Shown here: positions 1-11,500 of the stretch, in pieces
Layout of the letters: the number at the start of each line of letters is the position of its first letter
Position numbering within the stretch: the stretch's first letter is position 1
Virus record (IMG/VR): IMGVR_UViG_3300025035_000003
Span: 1-64,000 of that record
Direction: 5' to 3' (one strand)
Origin: a virus
Length of the DNA: 64,000 bases
The notes under the pieces: generated by a model
The model's database searches: none
The model's input: the letters and a program-made list of their open reading frames with translations, nothing else
Told to the model about the DNA's origin: nothing
Position numbers and translations under genes: made by a program

Positions 1-2083
1 AGCACAGACAGAAGCCGCAGATGCTAAAGAAAATGCTATAGCAGCACTTACTCAGTTAACTGACATAGCTTCAGATAGTGTGCTAGATCCAGGAGAAAAA
101 ACTAGTGTAATAGCTGCTAGAGATGTGATAGTAGCTGAGAAGGCGGGGATAGACACACAAGCTACTGCATATGGAATTACAACTGAAAAAACTACTTATG
201 ACAATGCTGTGGGTGCACTAACAACGTACTTAGCAACATTGACTAGTCCTGTTCTATGGAGTAATCTATCAGGTAATACTACAATAGTAGGTACTACCTT
301 TAGGTCTAAATTTAATAATGTGTACACAACAAGACAAGCACTATTAGATAAAATAGCTATTATTGCAAAGAGCCTTGTAGATACAGCACAAAGTACAGCT
401 AATAGTAAACCAAATGTGTACTATCAGACTACGGCCCCAAGTAGTGTAGGAAGAGTATTAGGAGATCTATGGTTTGATAGCGATGACAAAAATCATCCGT
501 ATAGATGGTCTGGTGCCGCATGGGCAAGTATTAGAGATCTGTCAATAGCTGATACTGCAACTGCTTCAGCTAGCGCTAATACTGCAGCACTAAATGCTAT
601 GACTGCTGCTCAAGCTGCTCAAGCCACTGCAGATGGTGCAACTACTACGTACTATCAAAGTGCTGCACCAACAGGATTAAACTCTAGTACTGACATAGGC
701 GATATGTGGTTTGATACTGATGATAACCAGGCATACAGATGGAGTGGGACAACCTGGCTAACAATTCAGGATAAAAGTATTGTTGTTGCTCTTGCTGCTG
801 CACAAGATGCACAGACCACAGCTGATGGAAAGATAACTTCATTCTACCAAACTGCACAACCTACAGGAGCCAATATAGGAGATTTATGGTTTGATATTGA
901 TAATAAGAATGAAGCGCACTACTATAACGGTATGGCATGGACCACGCTTAGGGATGGTACAATTGCAGATGCATTTTATGCTGCTGAGCTAGCACAGACA
1001 GAAGCCGCAGATGCTAAAGAAAATGCTATAGCAGCACTTACTCAGTTAACTGACATAGCTTCAGATAGTGTGCTAGATCCAGGAGAAAAAACTAGTGTAA
1101 TAGCTGCTAGAGATGTGATAGTAGCTGAGAAGGCGGGGATAGACACACAAGCTACTGCATATGGAATTACAACTGAAAAAACTACTTATGACAATGCTGT
1201 GGGTGCACTAACAACGTACTTAGCAACATTGACTAGTCCTGTTCTATGGAGTAATCTATCAGGTAATACTACAATAGTAGGTACTACCTTTAGGTCTAAA
1301 TTTAATAATGTGTACACAACAAGACAAGCACTATTAGATAAAATAGCTATTATTGCAAAGAGCCTTGTAGATACAGCACAAAGTACAGCTAATAGTAAAC
1401 CAAATGTGTACTATCAGACTACGGCCCCAAGTAGTGTAGGAAGAGTATTAGGAGATCTATGGTTTGATAGCGATGACAAAAATCATCCGTATAGATGGTC
1501 TGGTGCCGCATGGGCAAGTATTAGAGATCTGTCAATAGCTGATACTGCAACTGCTTCAGCTAGCGCTAATACTGCAGCACTAAATGCTATGACTGCTGCT
1601 CAAGCTGCTCAAGCCACTGCAGATGGTGCAACTACTACGTACTATCAAAGTGCTGCACCAACAGGATTAAACTCTAGTACTGACATAGGCGATATGTGGT
1701 TTGATACTGATGATAACCAGGCATACAGATGGAGTGGGACAACCTGGCTAACAATTCAGGATAAAAGTATTGTTGTTGCTCTTGCTGCTGCACAAGATGC
1801 ACAGACCACAGCTGATGGAAAGATAACTTCATTCTACCAAACTGCACAACCTACAGGAGCCAATATAGGAGATTTATGGTTTGATATTGATAATAAGAAT
1901 GAAGCGCACTACTATAACGGTATGGCATGGACCACGCTTAGGGATGGTACAATTGCAGATGCATTTTATGCTGCTGAGCTAGCACAGACAGAAGCCGCAG
2001 ATGCTAAAGAAAATGCTATAGCAGCACTTACTCAGTTAACTGACATAGCTTCAGATAGTGTGCTAGATCCAGGAGAAAAAACT
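1..2083 (+). repeat. Exact 990-bp tandem repeat (at least 2.1 copies) inside the tail fibre gene
   Basis: agcacagacagaagccgcag starts at 1, 991 and 1981; identity stops after 2083. Confidence 0.95.
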
Positions 2084-3139
2084 TTAGTACGTAAAGAGTG
2101 GGAAATATTAGTTACTGAGCAAGTATTAATAGCCGACCAGGCAGCAGGTCTAGCAGTAAGTGCTATAGATTATAGAGAGACCTTAGAGTACTTAGGTACT
2201 TACTTAAATGCGGGAGTTGCGTGGTTAGTTAGTAACCCTATAGTTCCTACATGGCTGGCAGATGTAAACTTGACGACTAACACACCTATAAACCGCAGCA
2301 CCTTTAGAGGTTCATTTAGAATGTACTACTCAGAAAGACAGTTGATTCTTAATGCTATTAGTACAAAATTAAAAGAAATAGCTGATAGTAAGGTGCTGCC
2401 AGCTGATGTGGCTACCGCTATCAATACCAATATCACTACAATTGATGGTGGTAAGATTACTACAGATGCTGTGTTCGCTAATAGGGTATTTGCTGAGAAT
2501 ATAACTGCTACTGGCACTATTACTGGAGCACGCATTAATAGTGGTACTATTACTGGAGCACGCATTAATGGTGGTACTATTACGTCTACTGATTTAGTTA
2601 GTTCTACAATTAGGGTACGTGATTTGCAGGTAGTTACTGATGCTGGGTACCCAACAGTTGCCATAGGTACGCTGTTCTTTACTAATACCCTCACCAGTTA
2701 TAGTGAGATGGTAAGTTACACTAATCTCTATGCGTACAATGCCACGTCAGTTGTTAGTACGTACGGAACTCCTATCAGAGCAGCATCATCACTCATAGGA
2801 ACTAGTATAAGTATATACAGCCCTATTCTATTGTGTATTGTTACGAGTAACATGGGGACGAAGAATGCTATATATGTTGCGATATATATTGGCAGTACGC
2901 TACTTGGCACTGGCAGGATAAACGGTAGGGGAGGAGAGGTGGCAGGAATTACTTTCTCACGTACTACCAGTTATAGTAGGAATACTGAGCAGTACACTGA
3001 CTCCATGTATGTTACATCATTCACGGGGGCTTTTACATTATCTGGGGAAGGACCCCTAAAGGTGGTAGTAACATGTAGGTCTGCTACGATCCAACCAGCT
3101 AATGTAACTGACAATAGAGCTTTACTCTCAAACCTATAG
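2..3139 (+). CDS. Tail fibre / host-attachment protein, 5'-truncated by the window edge
   Basis: Frame is open from base 2. Repeated GDLWFD / GDMWFD-x-Y-R-W-x-G modules, Ala-rich coiled segments and GTITGARIN repeats are typical of phage fibres; the C-terminal domain is divergent. Confidence 0.8.
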   Translation, partial: AQTEAADAKENAIAALTQLTDIASDSVLDPGEKTSVIAARDVIVAEKAGIDTQATAYGITTEKTTYDNAVGALTTYLATLTSPVLWSNLSGNTTIVGTTFRSKFNNVYTTRQALLDKIAIIAKSLVDTAQSTANSKPNVYYQTTAPSSVGRVLGDLWFDSDDKNHPYRWSGAAWASIRDLSIADTATASASANTAALNAMTAAQAAQATADGATTTYYQSAAPTGLNSSTDIGDMWFDTDDNQAYRWSGTTWLTIQDKSIVVALAAAQDAQTTADGKITSFYQTAQPTGANIGDLWFDIDNKNEAHYYNGMAWTTLRDGTIADAFYAAELAQTEAADAKENAIAALTQLTDIASDSVLDPGEKTSVIAARDVIVAEKAGIDTQATAYGITTEKTTYDNAVGALTTYLATLTSPVLWSNLSGNTTIVGTTFRSKFNNVYTTRQALLDKIAIIAKSLVDTAQSTANSKPNVYYQTTAPSSVGRVLGDLWFDSDDKNHPYRWSGAAWASIRDLSIADTATASASANTAALNAMTAAQAAQATADGATTTYYQSAAPTGLNSSTDIGDMWFDTDDNQAYRWSGTTWLTIQDKSIVVALAAAQDAQTTADGKITSFYQTAQPTGANIGDLWFDIDNKNEAHYYNGMAWTTLRDGTIADAFYAAELAQTEAADAKENAIAALTQLTDIASDSVLDPGEKTLVRKEWEILVTEQVLIADQAAGLAVSAIDYRETLEYLGTYLNAGVAWLVSNPIVPTWLADVNLTTNTPINRSTFRGSFRMYYSERQLILNAISTKLKEIADSKVLPADVATAINTNITTIDGGKITTDAVFANRVFAENITATGTITGARINSGTITGARINGGTITSTDLVSSTIRVRDLQVVTDAGYPTVAIGTLFFTNTLTSYSEMVSYTNLYAYNATSVVSTYGTPIRAASSLIGTSISIYSPILLCIVTSNMGTKNAIYVAIYIGSTLLGTGRINGRGGEVAGITFSRTTSYSRNTEQYTDSMYVTSFTGAFTLSGEGPLKVVVTCRSATIQPANVTDNRALLSNL
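2513..2583 (+). repeat. 30-bp tandem repeat encoding GTITGARIN(S/G)
   Basis: actattactggagcacgcattaat occurs twice at a 30-bp period, plus a partial third copy. Confidence 0.85.
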
Positions 3140-3155
3140 ATGGTAAGTCACATTG

Positions 3156-3170
3156 TAACTATGGTATAAT
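3156..3170 (+). promoter_or_regulatory. Extended -10 sigma70-type promoter
   Basis: taactaTGgTATAAT upstream of an AAGGA RBS and ORF 3198; near-identical to the motif at 6070. Confidence 0.55.
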
Positions 3171-3197
3171 TACAACAACAGATAAAAGGAACAAGAT

Positions 3198-4088
3198 ATG
3201 TCACAACGAGTAGTAAAAGAAACACTACCTAACTTAGATGTAACCACAATCTATGAGTCACTGATGGAAACATCTACAGGTAAGCATAGTGCGTACATAA
3301 AGGCTAAAGAGAGCCTACTAGAGTACTTCGGTGCTATAGAAGGTAATGCATCTATAGATGGAGTAGGTATAGGTAACCAGCTCTCAACTAGAGAGAAAGC
3401 GGATATGCTTGCTAAGCTAGTTAGTGAGATGGCTGTGAGCATTACAAATGCTGCTATGCAAACTGCTGTTAGTGTAGCTAAGGAGAATAGAGATGCTCCA
3501 TACGTGCTTACTAAGTTAAGAGTTGATACAGAAGCTGCTCAAGCTAATGTGCTCAAAATAGAAGCAGATACCACAGCAACTAATAAAGCAGTTGAGAGGG
3601 CAGAAGTTGATAAGCAACTTGCTGTGATACAAGGGTGGAAGGTACAATCAGACATGGTACGTGAGAATGGACTAGTGCTTGCTAACCTACCAGCAATAAC
3701 AGAGACTAAATTACCTACAATAGCTATGTCGGATAAAGGGTCAAAATGGGAGCAAGAACAGCAGGTTAAGATGTCTGTGTATGCTACACTAGCTAAAGCT
3801 TATAGAGAGAGTGGTGTAATTACATGGACAGTGGACAACACTACTAATAAGATAGATGTAATTACCGACCTAGCTCCTAATACTCCAGGGCTCACTAAGG
3901 CTCAAGAAAATGTTGCTATTAGACAAGAGATAGCGTTCGATGACAACATGCGTCAGCACGTTGCAAATAGTTCAGCAAATATGGTTAGTTTACTAACTAG
4001 TACAGATAATATCGACAAGACTACACCCGCATTTACTGCGTGGTCCTTAGCTGTTGATTACTTAAATGAAATAACACCTGCACCATAG
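3198..4088 (+). CDS. Putative virion structural protein
   Basis: 296-aa ORF with an AAGGA RBS in the structural module. Confidence 0.55.
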   Translation: MSQRVVKETLPNLDVTTIYESLMETSTGKHSAYIKAKESLLEYFGAIEGNASIDGVGIGNQLSTREKADMLAKLVSEMAVSITNAAMQTAVSVAKENRDAPYVLTKLRVDTEAAQANVLKIEADTTATNKAVERAEVDKQLAVIQGWKVQSDMVRENGLVLANLPAITETKLPTIAMSDKGSKWEQEQQVKMSVYATLAKAYRESGVITWTVDNTTNKIDVITDLAPNTPGLTKAQENVAIRQEIAFDDNMRQHVANSSANMVSLLTSTDNIDKTTPAFTAWSLAVDYLNEITPAP

Positions 4089-4107
4089 ATAAGTAAAGGT
4101 AGCTACG

Positions 4108-6051
4108 ATGTATATGACTTTTGATATAGCCTCCCCGATCGTAGGTGATTGGGTTAGTAATCTGCGGTTCAAGAATACATTTATGCGATACTTCCCCACT
4201 AAATTTATAGAAGGTGTGGAAGTGTTTAGTGAGATATCTCTACACCATACTTCCATAGACCAAGCCACGATAGACGTACAACCTACTAACATAAAAGCTA
4301 TATATAAAATGCTAGGACTATCAAATGATACATTGCTTGAATATGGACAAAGCGAGATAGATGAAGCAGACTTATACTTAAAACCATATAACATAGCAGC
4401 ACCTACACTCACTACTCAAGATGTAGTAAGCTACATTAATAACAATTCAGTTAAGCGAGAGTACACAGTTGTGAACGAAGGCTTACCCACAGAAAGGTTA
4501 GTGCATACTAACAAGGAGTTATCAGATGTGTCTGTTGATGTAGTGTTTACGACTAGATTATACAAAAATGCATCTAAGGTTCTGCATACTACAGGCGTGC
4601 ATAGCATGACAAGTTCAGCTATAGCAGAAGTAGTACTCGGGGGAGTCACTGCTGTGTCCAACACATTCTTGCAGTATCTCGGTAGCGGTGGGCGTGGTGA
4701 GCGCATTCCTCCACATATGCCATTCTTATTTCTGAACGGACAGATAGAGTATGACACCAACTCGTCTAAAGTAGTATTCGCAGCACTACACGATACTGAA
4801 AATACACTGTTTACTAGAAGTGCTGATGTAATTAGCCAAGAGGTAATTAGCACACACTCGGGGAGCCGTCCCGCATACGATGTACTTGCAACGGTTAGGT
4901 TTACATTCGCTAGGGAAGTAGATGCCGGTGATCCAGCAGGCTCTGCTGTAATACAAGAAATACTTGATAACTTAAATCTAGTCCCTAAAAAAGTGGTAAT
5001 TACAGATCCCTCTGATGGTACTACATTTACCCTGGCCTATTATCTAGGAACTACTGTGAAGTCCAGTATGGTTAACCAAATTGATGATTGTAGACATACC
5101 ATACAGCCTGTTATTGGCAGCGATTTGGTGCTGGTACCAAATGATGGGTCCCATAGGGGCTACATAAAAAAGGATGTCGCGGCACTGCTTACAGGGGAAC
5201 AGTTCGTTGGTATGGTGCAAGAATCACTAGATGTCGATGTATCTTGTCATCGAGAGGGAGGGGGATTCTTTATATTTCTATTAGCAGTGGCACTTATAGC
5301 AGTGGCGATAGCACTGGCAGTACCATCTGGCGGTGCTACACTTAATGGGATTCCAGCAGTAACTGCTGGGTTGGGTGTTGCGGGGGCAGAGTTAGCATTC
5401 CTCACTGGTATAGCTTTAGTGCTTACACTAGAGACTCTGGTATTATCCGCTATAGCAGTAGCCTACCAACGAGCTGGTGGCACGTATCAGGCAATGATGA
5501 TAGGAAGCGTTCTAACAATAATAGGTATGGCTCAGCAGACCTTTGGGATTCTGCTTATGGCAATGGGTGTAGCACAAGTACTTACTAAGCTAGGCGAACT
5601 CGCAACTGCAGAAGCTACAGCGACGCTGGTGTCAGAGCTAGGTGCTTCTGGGACTGAGTACGTAGGCACTATAACAGGTGATATACTAGTAAATGGTGTG
5701 GTACAACCAATAGCACCTACATTAAGTAACTATGTTACTGCTACGATTGAACTAATGCTGCCTAATTTTGGTGGGTTTACTAATATGAGTACACAAGACC
5801 TACTAATGGCTAGTATAAAGAATGTTACCACAGTAGGTAACTTATACTTAGCATACGTCGCACCTCATACTGACCCAGGCACCATGCCAGATCCAGTAGA
5901 ACCAGTCAGTACAGAGGCTGTCTTGTTGACACAGGTGTACTTAGACGATAACTACTGCTACGAGCTAAACACTGTAATGGAGTTAGCTCCATATAACATG
6001 ACGGAAGGGCTGATTGTTAACTCATTCAATAAGTACTATAAAAATGGGTAG
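4108..6051 (+). CDS. Putative virion protein with hydrophobic, membrane-spanning C-terminal half
   Basis: 647 aa with several long hydrophobic segments (FFIFLLAVALIAVAIALAV...); lies before the ejection/vRNAP genes. Confidence 0.55.
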   Translation: MYMTFDIASPIVGDWVSNLRFKNTFMRYFPTKFIEGVEVFSEISLHHTSIDQATIDVQPTNIKAIYKMLGLSNDTLLEYGQSEIDEADLYLKPYNIAAPTLTTQDVVSYINNNSVKREYTVVNEGLPTERLVHTNKELSDVSVDVVFTTRLYKNASKVLHTTGVHSMTSSAIAEVVLGGVTAVSNTFLQYLGSGGRGERIPPHMPFLFLNGQIEYDTNSSKVVFAALHDTENTLFTRSADVISQEVISTHSGSRPAYDVLATVRFTFAREVDAGDPAGSAVIQEILDNLNLVPKKVVITDPSDGTTFTLAYYLGTTVKSSMVNQIDDCRHTIQPVIGSDLVLVPNDGSHRGYIKKDVAALLTGEQFVGMVQESLDVDVSCHREGGGFFIFLLAVALIAVAIALAVPSGGATLNGIPAVTAGLGVAGAELAFLTGIALVLTLETLVLSAIAVAYQRAGGTYQAMMIGSVLTIIGMAQQTFGILLMAMGVAQVLTKLGELATAEATATLVSELGASGTEYVGTITGDILVNGVVQPIAPTLSNYVTATIELMLPNFGGFTNMSTQDLLMASIKNVTTVGNLYLAYVAPHTDPGTMPDPVEPVSTEAVLLTQVYLDDNYCYELNTVMELAPYNMTEGLIVNSFNKYYKNG

Positions 6052-6069
6052 TTAAACTAGAATACAGTT

Positions 6070-6084
6070 TAACTCTGGTATACT
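6070..6084 (+). promoter_or_regulatory. Extended -10 sigma70-type promoter
   Basis: taactcTGgTATACT in the intergenic gap before ORF 6126. Confidence 0.5.
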
Positions 6085-6125
6085 ACAAAGCGTATAACTA
6101 CGATAACAAGATAAAGGATATAAAA

Positions 6126-6725
6126 ATGAACTCAGAAGACTTCCTAAAAAGTAAAACTTACGAGGGTGCAGCTGCTGTAGTGGGCCCATGGAGTCCCTCA
6201 GTTAATACGCTGACTGATGGTGTACGTAGGGATATTGCCTCTATTAGCAATATTAAGCAACTAGGAAGCACTCCTATATATGGCGCTGGTGCTCCTAACT
6301 CTGCAGTGCAGGGCTTAGGTGTTGCTAGTATGAAAGATGGTAACTTGTACTTTGGAGATAAACTTGCTACAGGTGACCAGGTATTTACCTGGGGAGAGGC
6401 CAACCCAGAACTTGCAACAAAGATAAGCGGTGCGCAATTTGATGCTGCTGGTAATCAAGTAGGTGGCGGATTTAGAGGTAGTACCACAGATAAAGGGCCA
6501 GGGTGGGGAATGGGAGGTTATGGGGGACTATTACTAGGTGCTGGGCAACTCGGACTGGGCGTACTCAGCTACTTAGATAATGAGAAAACAGCTAAGAAGA
6601 ATAGAGCCTTAGTAGACCAACAAATAGCTGCAAATAAATACGTAATGGATAAAAGTGTTAAGAATGATGCAGCAGGTACTGATGTGTATAACAAGGTGTT
6701 TGGTGATAGGTATGGTAAACTATAA
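6126..6725 (+). CDS. Putative small internal virion (ejection) protein
   Basis: Gly-rich hydrophobic stretch followed by a Q/K-rich helix; AAGGA RBS; position upstream of vRNAP. Confidence 0.5.
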   Translation: MNSEDFLKSKTYEGAAAVVGPWSPSVNTLTDGVRRDIASISNIKQLGSTPIYGAGAPNSAVQGLGVASMKDGNLYFGDKLATGDQVFTWGEANPELATKISGAQFDAAGNQVGGGFRGSTTDKGPGWGMGGYGGLLLGAGQLGLGVLSYLDNEKTAKKNRALVDQQIAANKYVMDKSVKNDAAGTDVYNKVFGDRYGKL

Positions 6726-6749
6726 CACTATTCATGATAAGGATAAGAT

Positions 6750-8438
6750 ATGGCATTAAGACAGGATTTTAGTAGAATGGCCCCAAGTAATACTGGTGCT
6801 GGACTACAAAGCGCGCTAGATAATATAGGTAACATCATGGCAGCTAACCAAGTTGCTGCGGACAAACGAAATGTACGAGACTTAGAGCGAGCTAGAACCA
6901 AGGTACTGGATGATAGAGCTACCGATATATACAATAAAGGTGTGGCCGAAGAAGCGATAACAAAGAATATATTTGCAGGTGCTGCGAAAGGACCACAAGC
7001 AAGAGATAATTGGTTAACAAATGCAGTCGCCAGCCCTGATGGGCAAACATTCTTAGACTCTATATCATTGGAAGGGTTCACCAAGGGAACTGCTGAGTAC
7101 AAAAGACGTTCAAAGGCGCAAGAGGAACTAGGGTCACATGCTATGGACCAATTAGAGTCTCAACCAGAGATGTATAATAGGTTAACTAGACAATATGGGA
7201 CATCCATGAAAGGGGTTGAGGCAGCTGTGGTAGCTCAAGCTGCTCAACAAGCTAAAGAGGATGCATTACGTGCACAGTACGGAAAAGAAATAAATGATAT
7301 AGAGCGTAAGAGAGCAGAATACTCGCTAGGAGCTATAGATAAAAAAGCATCTTTGATGAATAGGGTTGGCGGCACTGTAGTTGGTGGAGATGGTGAAACA
7401 TACACTTCTAGCGGAGGAGGTAAATCTGCTAAGTTCGACCTCCAAAAGTCTAAGGAGTTGGCTGATAGCCTGATAAGTGGTCAAGGTACTGCTTGGTACA
7501 ACCTAACGGATGAAAATAATGCCCCCGAAATGCGAAAAATGCTAACTGCAGCTGCTAATACAGGTGGACTAACTCCAGCATTACTAAATCAAGTAGCTAC
7601 AGAATTTACGTTGACCAAGAAGAAATTAGGTAAAGATGAGATCAATCAAATGGGTAAAAGACTTGCAGAACTTGTTGGGCAGTCTGGGAAAGGTACCACT
7701 ACTAGACCGCTTGATCTATCTGGTGTGGATGCGCGACGAGAGATGGCACATAGACTAGAGGCTCAAAAGTTACAGGCCCAAGACAAGTTAACTAAACTGG
7801 GAATGGGATACAATGAGCGTATGGATATGCAAGCAAGAGAAAAACTAGCACCACTATTCGCTGAGTATAGTCAGCGGGCTACGGAGAATGCTGTTCCACT
7901 TATGAGGACGCCACAAGTAATTACTAAAAAGGGTTCTAACCAGACAGTGACTACGGAGAGTCTAAACGCTAATGGTGGCGCACTTACACCAGAACAGTCG
8001 GTTGACCAATTAAACGTAGATACCAGTGCAATTAAAAAGGGGTCTGACGCTACTACAGCGGCAATAGCGAAACAAATTGCTTCTATAGGAAAACCAGAAA
8101 CTGTTAAGGAGTACGATCAGTTAGAAGCCTTACGCACTCAATTACAAAAACGTAAACTTGCAGAAAGATTGAATAGTTCTGTAACACGTAGTGGTTTAGG
8201 GCCTATGTCAGAGTCTAATAAAGCGTTATGGTCTGGGCTAATAGATGGCATAAACAAGGGACTTATTAATACACGCAACTTACCTGCCGATATACTAAAA
8301 AGGTACATGGAATTGAATAAAGATGCTCGTAGGTATCTTTCTTCTAATGAAAGGGGAAGACTGGAGCGTAAAGAAAAGAATGCCTATGCGCATGATGTCC
8401 TATATAACACTAACCCGAGTGCTCCTCTGGTTAAGTGA
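6750..8438 (+). CDS. Putative internal virion (ejection) protein
   Basis: 562 aa, Ala/Gln/Lys-rich and helical; directly upstream of the vRNAP block. Confidence 0.5.
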   Translation: MALRQDFSRMAPSNTGAGLQSALDNIGNIMAANQVAADKRNVRDLERARTKVLDDRATDIYNKGVAEEAITKNIFAGAAKGPQARDNWLTNAVASPDGQTFLDSISLEGFTKGTAEYKRRSKAQEELGSHAMDQLESQPEMYNRLTRQYGTSMKGVEAAVVAQAAQQAKEDALRAQYGKEINDIERKRAEYSLGAIDKKASLMNRVGGTVVGGDGETYTSSGGGKSAKFDLQKSKELADSLISGQGTAWYNLTDENNAPEMRKMLTAAANTGGLTPALLNQVATEFTLTKKKLGKDEINQMGKRLAELVGQSGKGTTTRPLDLSGVDARREMAHRLEAQKLQAQDKLTKLGMGYNERMDMQAREKLAPLFAEYSQRATENAVPLMRTPQVITKKGSNQTVTTESLNANGGALTPEQSVDQLNVDTSAIKKGSDATTAAIAKQIASIGKPETVKEYDQLEALRTQLQKRKLAERLNSSVTRSGLGPMSESNKALWSGLIDGINKGLINTRNLPADILKRYMELNKDARRYLSSNERGRLERKEKNAYAHDVLYNTNPSAPLVK

Positions 8439-8514
8439 TACTATGTACTAAAGCACCACGTAAGTATATCTGTGATATTATACTGTAACTTATAATATCT
8501 ACAGGATACCTACG

Positions 8515-11500
8515 ATGAGCATACAAGACGCAATAACACAATTGGCTGGAGCGGATGTAGCTTCATCACTAACAGGCTACACAACCCCAGAAGGTCAAGC
8601 ACAAATTGATGCATTGAGCCTCTCACAACAGCGATCCCTACTACAAAAAAAGATAGACAAACTCACGCAGGCAAGACAAGCTAAAGAAGAAAGATTAGGG
8701 CTCACGCGAGGGCAGCAAATTGCGCAGAGAATAGAGGCTATAGACAAGTCCAAGTATTCACCTGCGATGCTTGAATCAATTCCAGATGCTGATAGTTTAA
8801 CGATGATAGGTGCAGCTAGTGGTAATAGGCTTGCTGGTGACCCAACAATGCCTAACAACTCGGCAGGTTGGGTAGATGCTCCAGAATCGTACCATGGTAA
8901 GTTCAGTGAGTCAGGTAAAGAACAAGCCAGAATAGCAAAGCAAATGCAGCAATATGGTGTGACCACACCTGAAGAAGTGTATAAGTTAAGTGAGACTGCA
9001 CGACTACAAACGCTATATGATATGATGGGCAGGCCTGTAGGTAAAGATGGAAAAGAGTGGGTTCCTGGGCCAATTAAGTATGATGCAAAGAATGATCCAT
9101 TGATACTTGGCTCAAAAGAGCTACCATTAAATGTCCCTGTTAGTGTGTATGATACAGGAGAAGAGTCATTTGGGAGACAGGTACAATATGTAGGAGATGA
9201 AGGTAACACATACGTGCAAAATGCAGAGCTAGCTAAGCAAGGCATGCTATATGAACCAGATACTATAGTAGCGGATACCTCCCAGCTAGGTAACAAGAGT
9301 GAGCCGAGTATACAGGAGAAAGCAATAGAAGCACTTCGTACTGGTTCATGGATAAATGAGAAAGAGGATGCCACATTTATAGATAAATCTGCCAATATTG
9401 GAAAAGGTATTGCCCATGGCATGGCTAGCGTAGCTGCATCTATTTCGGAAGCCCCTAAGAAGTTATACGAGTTATTAGGTAGTGATTATCTAGAGCCTAT
9501 AAGTGAATTCGCTAAAGAAAATCCTACATATAGTAAAGTTGTGAAGTCTGTAATCGATACTATGGCAGATGGTTCTGCTGTTATTAATGCACTTGACAAA
9601 AAGTACATAGGCTTTGATGATACTAGGGTTAAAAAACTGCAAAAAGAGTTTGGAGATGCCTATGATACTGAAAACTACATAACTGGTATGTTAGGGGCAA
9701 TAGTAACTAACCCTGTAGGAGCTGTTGAGCTGGCATCAGAAAGTTTTGCTTTTAGTAAAGCTATGGCCGCTAAAGGTATTGTAGCTGTACCAGCTGTACT
9801 CGGTACGTGGAGCGATAACGCTACAGAGGCTGCAAAAATATATGAGAAAGAGTATGGATTAAAACCTGAAGGTGAAGCTCTTAGGAATATAGCAGCACTC
9901 AGCGCCTTAGGTACGTTAATGGATATGGCTCAAGCAAAGTTATTATTTGATAAATCAGGTGGCACCGCCCTAGCTGCTAAAACTAACGCACTCATTGACT
10001 CGTTAATAGCTAAAGTGCCTACTACAGTCGCACAAGTAGCACTTAAGGGTACTTCAAAGCTGGCAACTCTTATTGGTACAGAATTCACACAAGAAGGAGC
10101 AACTGAGGCTACAACAGTTCTTGGTGGCACGCAAGATCTAGATAGAGCATTGCAAGATAAGTACATTAAACAAGTCTACAAAGCTGCAGCTGGCGGGGCA
10201 GCATCAGGTCCTGGAATGAAGGCTATCGACGTTGCATCAAAATATATTCCTGACGCTAACACATTAAAAGAAATACCATCTAAACTAAGATCTACACTGA
10301 CGCCAGCTTCACAGTCAGATGGTGATTATGTAGTTAGTGCTATGGCGGAGAGCAGTTTACAAGACATAATGAGCGCTTCTGAGCATGAAGGTGTGAAGAA
10401 GGTACTTAGTGGGGAAATACCTGCCACTGAAGCACACCATGCATGGGTTGATCATCACATAACTGCACTGAATACTGAACTAGATAGTATGCCTGATTCT
10501 GTGACCGCTAAAACACGTGATAGTGTAGTAGATGGCTTAGCTAATGCCGTAGCAATGAAAGCTGCAATGGCTCGTGGTAAAGGTACAGCACTAAACAGCA
10601 GACCACTTGGTGAAATAGAGGCTGATGTAGTTGCTGAGCAAAGTAAAGACACTCCAGATGAAAAAGCACTATTTAGATTAAGTGTAGAGAAGGAAATAGC
10701 AGGGCTACCAACACAGTCACCAGGCACTGAACGTGTTAGTGTATCAAAAGAATCAGGCATGAGTGCTGTACAGAGTCATGCACTCAAGTTCTATGGTGGT
10801 AGAGTAGATGGGCAAGAACGAACTGGACTACTAACGTACATAGATGCACTAGAGAATACAGACCCCGATAGTAAGTTGTATGAGTACTTCAAGCAGAGGC
10901 TAAATCACTTTATAGATACTCAGAAAGTAAAATTAGATAAATTAGAGACCGCTAAGAAAGAGTATGATGAGAAGCTAGCTACATGGGACCAAACTGGGGA
11001 GGCCCCTTCCGTTGAGCTAGGGGATGGTAAAGTGTATGATGGTCGTTCCGAGAAAGGGCTATTAATTCCACAGCAAAAAGAATTTGGCATACTAAGCAAA
11101 GTAGGCGCTAGGTACATAGGTACTACTGATGCTTCGGAAGAAAGTGATACCTCTCCTGTTAGTAACGATACAGTACAACAGGATAGTACAAAGCAAAGCA
11201 AAGAACAGTCTGCTGATTATGCTGAGACAGTCAGTGGTGAGCCATCATCTGCGTACACTACAAATGATGATAGCACAGTAGGTGTAACCACAGCGCGAGC
11301 TATCGATGAGCTAGAAAGTGAGATATCAAGATTAGATAGAGAAACTATAGATGATTCATCACTAGCGTCTGCTAACCAGACTAAGATTGAGGGTATACGC
11401 AATAGGATAGCAGAGTTAGAAGGCAGCACACTTGTATCTGAGGGTGCTAAACAAATACCTGTTAATGAACCGGCTCAAGAGATAACCTCTATTACTGAGC

